A DNA stretch of 64,000 nucleotides from Candidatus Marinacidobacterales bacterium (GTDB lineage Bacteria > Acidobacteriota > Vicinamibacteria > Marinacidobacterales > SMYC01): positions 3,776,001 through 3,840,000 of the forward strand of contig OZ250169.1 of the NCBI GenBank assembly GCA_965237955.1. Reading direction: 5' to 3'. The position numbers and the translations under genes are program-made. The notes below the pieces were generated by a model. It made no database searches. It saw nothing but the letters and a program-made list of their open reading frames with translations, and had not been told where the DNA came from. Positions 61,801 to 64,000 of the stretch are shown here, one piece after another. Position 1 is the first letter of the stretch; each line of letters starts with the position of its first letter.

Positions 61801-62110
61801 GTTCATCACTCTCGAGGAGAAGCTGCTTCAATTGAGGATCACGGGCACGGGCTCGGACAGCTCCCGCTGGCCCACTAGGCTGGCAAGCCACATCGCGTAC
61901 TTGGCCAGGGCGGTGGCGGTGGCTGACTTTCCGCCGACCGACCAGCATCGAGAGGTCCACCAGGTGCTCAAGGAGCGACTTCAGGAGTACCAGCAGGAGC
62001 TGGAGGGGCTCATGCAGAACGAGCTTCCGGCATTCAACCGGACCCTCGACGAGCGCAACCTTCCCCGGCTGGTCACGGGTCGGGGACGAGCCACGACATC
62101 GAACCAGTAG
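58823..62110 (+). CDS. VPS10/BNR-repeat (sortilin-like) glycosyl hydrolase family protein
   Basis: Signal peptide; many SxDGGxTW Asp-boxes; YRYIGP.GNRV, AQMYHV, VGGGESG, GTYGRG. Confidence 0.9.
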   Translation: MPNLPGRPLDYVAALATLSILLALPATTAAQARLEVSPEHYQNLRYRYIGPVGNRVASVAGVPGDPLTYYAGAASGGIWKSEDGGEHWRPVFDDQPDHSIGALAVAPSDPKIVWAGTGETHIRSNVSLGTGVYKSTDGGETWHHMGLAGPSRTSRIVIHPKNTDIVYVAALGHSHGPQAERGVFRTKDGGETWEHVLFVDENTGASSLEMDLNNPRILFAGMWQIEIHTWGSESGGAGSGIHMSRDGGDTWTKLEGNGLPKLPVGKVGICLTPADSDRVYVLIETGDGVPWHGQETESGELWRSDDGGKNWQLITHNRNLGGRTHYYNHCFVTPDDPDEALFLTGSIMRTKEGGRTATPLSGRQRPGSDHHDLWIDPTNGDRMIVGNDYGTAVSVNRGKTWHIVQLPIAQMYHVTVDTAIPYNVLGNRQDGPSTRGPSRSLIHRTFRGTEMPRLVWHGVGGGESGFATADPTDPNIIWSSASGSGAGGGIVVRYNETNRLFRQLEVWPESTRGWPAAELKYRFQWTFPLLISPHDHKTIYVTSQYVHRTQNDGQSWEILSPDLTTNDKSKQGISGGLTPHNVGVEYCCVIYAFDESPVEQGVLWAGTNDGLVQVSRDGGQNWTNVTNRIPDLPPDGVVRSIDASRWDAAKAYVAIEHHQQGNFEPHVYKTDNYGEDWEKITNGIADSPLSYARSIHEDPVRPGLLYLGTENALYVSFDDGARWQSLQNNLPAAPVYGLVVQEHFNDLVVGTYGRGYWIMDDITPLQQLTSDVASSEAHLFDPRPAYRFRPTTGASMRMRYDPASGEEPPEGASIHYWLSKEPEGPEAPERSVQLEIKNAAGETVRTLEGTKDTGINRVWWDFEGEPSTQIKLRTKPLYADWVDLGDERTRRASVRRISVLEPPGTYTVTLQVGGKEYSQKLQVLKDPHTEGTAEDIRVQTDMVRELRDDLNRAAEAINRIEWIRRQLLDLKEVVTGLGDAESVVSDADELSGLFITLEEKLLQLRITGTGSDSSRWPTRLASHIAYLARAVAVADFPPTDQHREVHQVLKERLQEYQQELEGLMQNELPAFNRTLDERNLPRLVTGRGRATTSNQ

Positions 62111-62309
62111 GTCACCCCGGCCTCGTCGATGGCGGCCGCGGAGCTCGGGAAGCGGTGCCTGCATCATTGACTGTTGCGCGCATAAGGGCAAGGCTCTGTA
62201 GTGCAATAGGTTACATCAGATTTTAACGTCACCGGACTTCACCTTGCGCCAAACTAGGCATAAGTCCCGTCCTCGCAAGACGATGTGGACGAGCCAGCAA
62301 CAGTAAACG

Positions 62310-62587
62310 GAGCAAGCACCCACGTACTGCATGGCGATGAAATGGACGCCGTCGCTTTCACCAATCTCGTAGATAGGGGCGACGTTCGCATGCTTGATGG
62401 CGGACACGGCTTTCGCTTCTCGCACGAAGCGTTCCAGCCGCTCCGGATTCTCGGCAAGCTCGGGCGGGAGGATTTTCAACGCAACAGTGCGATCGAGCTT
62501 GGTGTCCTCGGCCAGATAGACTTCGCCCATCGCGCCCTCGCCCAGTTTTTCGACGACGCGATAGTGCGACAGCGTCTCAGGAATCAA
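62310..62587 (-). pseudogene. Ser/Thr kinase N-terminal fragment
   Basis: LGEGAMGEVY, VALKIL, HFIAMQYV, then unrelated sequence. Confidence 0.8.
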
Positions 62588-62591
62588 TGTT

Positions 62592-63161
62592 CTATTCCTC
62601 TAGTCCTATGCGGCGCATCAGGTCGGAGAAGCGCGGATCATGATCGATATCCCTGCCTATGGGAGCGACGCGCACGAATAGCAGGTCGCTCGCTCGCTCG
62701 TCGTAAGCTTTCTCTAACCATTCGAAGCTCCGGTCTAGGTCTCCAAGGCCCGCGTAGACATTAGCTCTTTCTAGGGGCGCGACGTATCGAGAATTGGCTA
62801 GCTCTTCCAGACGCTCGAGCACGGCGTGCGCTTCGTCGACGCGCCCCGACTTGGCGTAGGCGTGCCCGAGATTGCCCAGTCCGTATGGCGTGTCGTCGAG
62901 CTCCACCGCCTTCTCGTAATGAGGGATCGCTTCGGAGAACAAACCTCGTAGCTCGTAGTTTTGGCCGAGCCACATGTGACCGAGCGCCCAACTGGGGTCG
63001 AGCTCCAACGTTTTCCGAAATTGCTCAGCGCCCTCCTCGTGGCGACCCGCAACCCCGAGCCACCGCCCGTAAATCAGGTTGATGATCCGCGACAGCGGAT
63101 CGAGCTCGACTGCCATACGTATTTGTTCAATGGCCTCGTCCATTCGCCCGGTGTAGACTAA
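62592..63161 (-). pseudogene. 3' (TPR) half of the kinase gene that begins at 20097
   Basis: Starts at the IS TIR with TTA GTC TAC (LVYTGRMDEA), continuing YSAL-L; ends DPRFSDLMRRIGL. Confidence 0.88.
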
Positions 63162-64000
63162 GGGCCGCCGACAAAATAACTGTCTAGTTTTGAGCACACT
63201 CTTCCTGTTTCAGGTCGTGATCGCGATGTCGTCTGGCATCACGAGAGCCTGGCAAGCTCCCTAGAAACGGAACATTTGTAGATCTTCAGCAACCAGCGCG
63301 TGTTTGACAAACGGTCCTCATTTTAGGGAGGATTACGCCTATCAAGGAGCACTTCTCCTATTATGAGACCTACGAGCTATCAGTCTGAAGATCTCGACCG
63401 CCTGTTGAGGAAGCACAAAATAGCTACCCTCGATGATTTGAAGGCAGTGTTGGGTACCGATGTGGACTCGACCGTCTTCCGAAAGCTCAATGAGTTGGCG
63501 TATCGGACAAGCTACTCCCACCGTGGTAGCTACTACACGTTGGACGAGATCGCCCAGTTCGATCGAAAAGGTCTTTGGTCGTTGCGCTCAGTGTGGTTCT
63601 CGAAGTACGGGACGTTGCTTGCGACGGTAAAAGCGTTGGTCGCGGCCTGTGAGGCAGGCTACTACGTCGACGAGCTCGAGGACGTGGTGCAGGTTGACGT
63701 TAAGGCTCCTCTGTTGAAACTGGTCCGAGAGAAAAGATTGGCGCGCGAGCAGGTGTTCGGCCGATATCTGTATCTGGCCACCGATGTGAGCACGCGCAAG
63801 CAACAGCTCTCGGCCCGCCAGGTACATGAGGCGTCACCTTCCACGTTGGGCTGGGTCGGGGGAGTCCGCGTGCTCCCCGTGGAGTTGAAGGCTGCGATCG
63901 TTCTTTTCTACAGCCTGCTCGATGAAAAGCAGCGCCGTCTCTACGCGGGAGTCGAGGCCATGAAGCTCGGTCACGGTGGCGACCAACAGATTGCCGAACT
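63162..64000 (+). mobile_element. ISAzo13-family IS, left end (runs off the window)
   Basis: Left TIR GGGCCGCCGACAAAATAAC; 63425 onward is near-identical to 23216 onward. Confidence 0.92.
63363..64000 (+). CDS. ISAzo13 transposase, 5' part
   Basis: ATG 63363 after AAGGAG: MRPTSYQSEDLDRLLRKHKIATLDDLKAVLG... Confidence 0.88.
   Translation, partial: MRPTSYQSEDLDRLLRKHKIATLDDLKAVLGTDVDSTVFRKLNELAYRTSYSHRGSYYTLDEIAQFDRKGLWSLRSVWFSKYGTLLATVKALVAACEAGYYVDELEDVVQVDVKAPLLKLVREKRLAREQVFGRYLYLATDVSTRKQQLSARQVHEASPSTLGWVGGVRVLPVELKAAIVLFYSLLDEKQRRLYAGVEAMKLGHGGDQQIAE

Noticed and set aside
437-62206. Many long antisense and alternative-frame ORFs in the track (e.g. 2033-3325, 14600-16015, 46913-48421, 50796-52382)
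   Set aside because: Shadow ORFs expected in high-GC DNA opposite or overlapping well-supported genes; no recognisable motifs

Overview
GC-rich bacterial chromosome segment. The gene repertoire (many Hanks-type Ser/Thr kinases, a TonB-dependent receptor, a PEP-CTERM protein, a VPS10/BNR hydrolase, an S9 peptidase) resembles Acidobacteriota/Vicinamibacteria; this is inference only. Intact genes include feoAB behind a Fur box, rtcB, an M81 peptidase, msrB-msrA and an ARG-box-controlled arg operon. About twenty genes are broken by frameshifts, stops or deletions. There are three partial copies of an ISAzo13-family IS, one IS5/IS903-group IS, integrase remnants and two toxin-antitoxin loci. Main highlights: (1) the arg operon lacks argA/argJ and is headed by a DUF1611-like P-loop protein, while its ArgF' carries the succinyl-type specificity residue, suggesting an unrecognised glutamate N-acylation step; (2) a lipoprotein rhodanese has UGA at its catalytic position followed by a SECIS-like hairpin; (3) a TackOD1/degenerate-GGDEF + TolC-glycoside-hydrolase fusion + HlyD + PEP-CTERM cluster; (4) a kinase gene split by IS insertion, with its halves 41 kb apart in opposite orientation. 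All family calls come from motif recognition by eye; no database searches were run, and some lesions may be assembly or sequencing artefacts.
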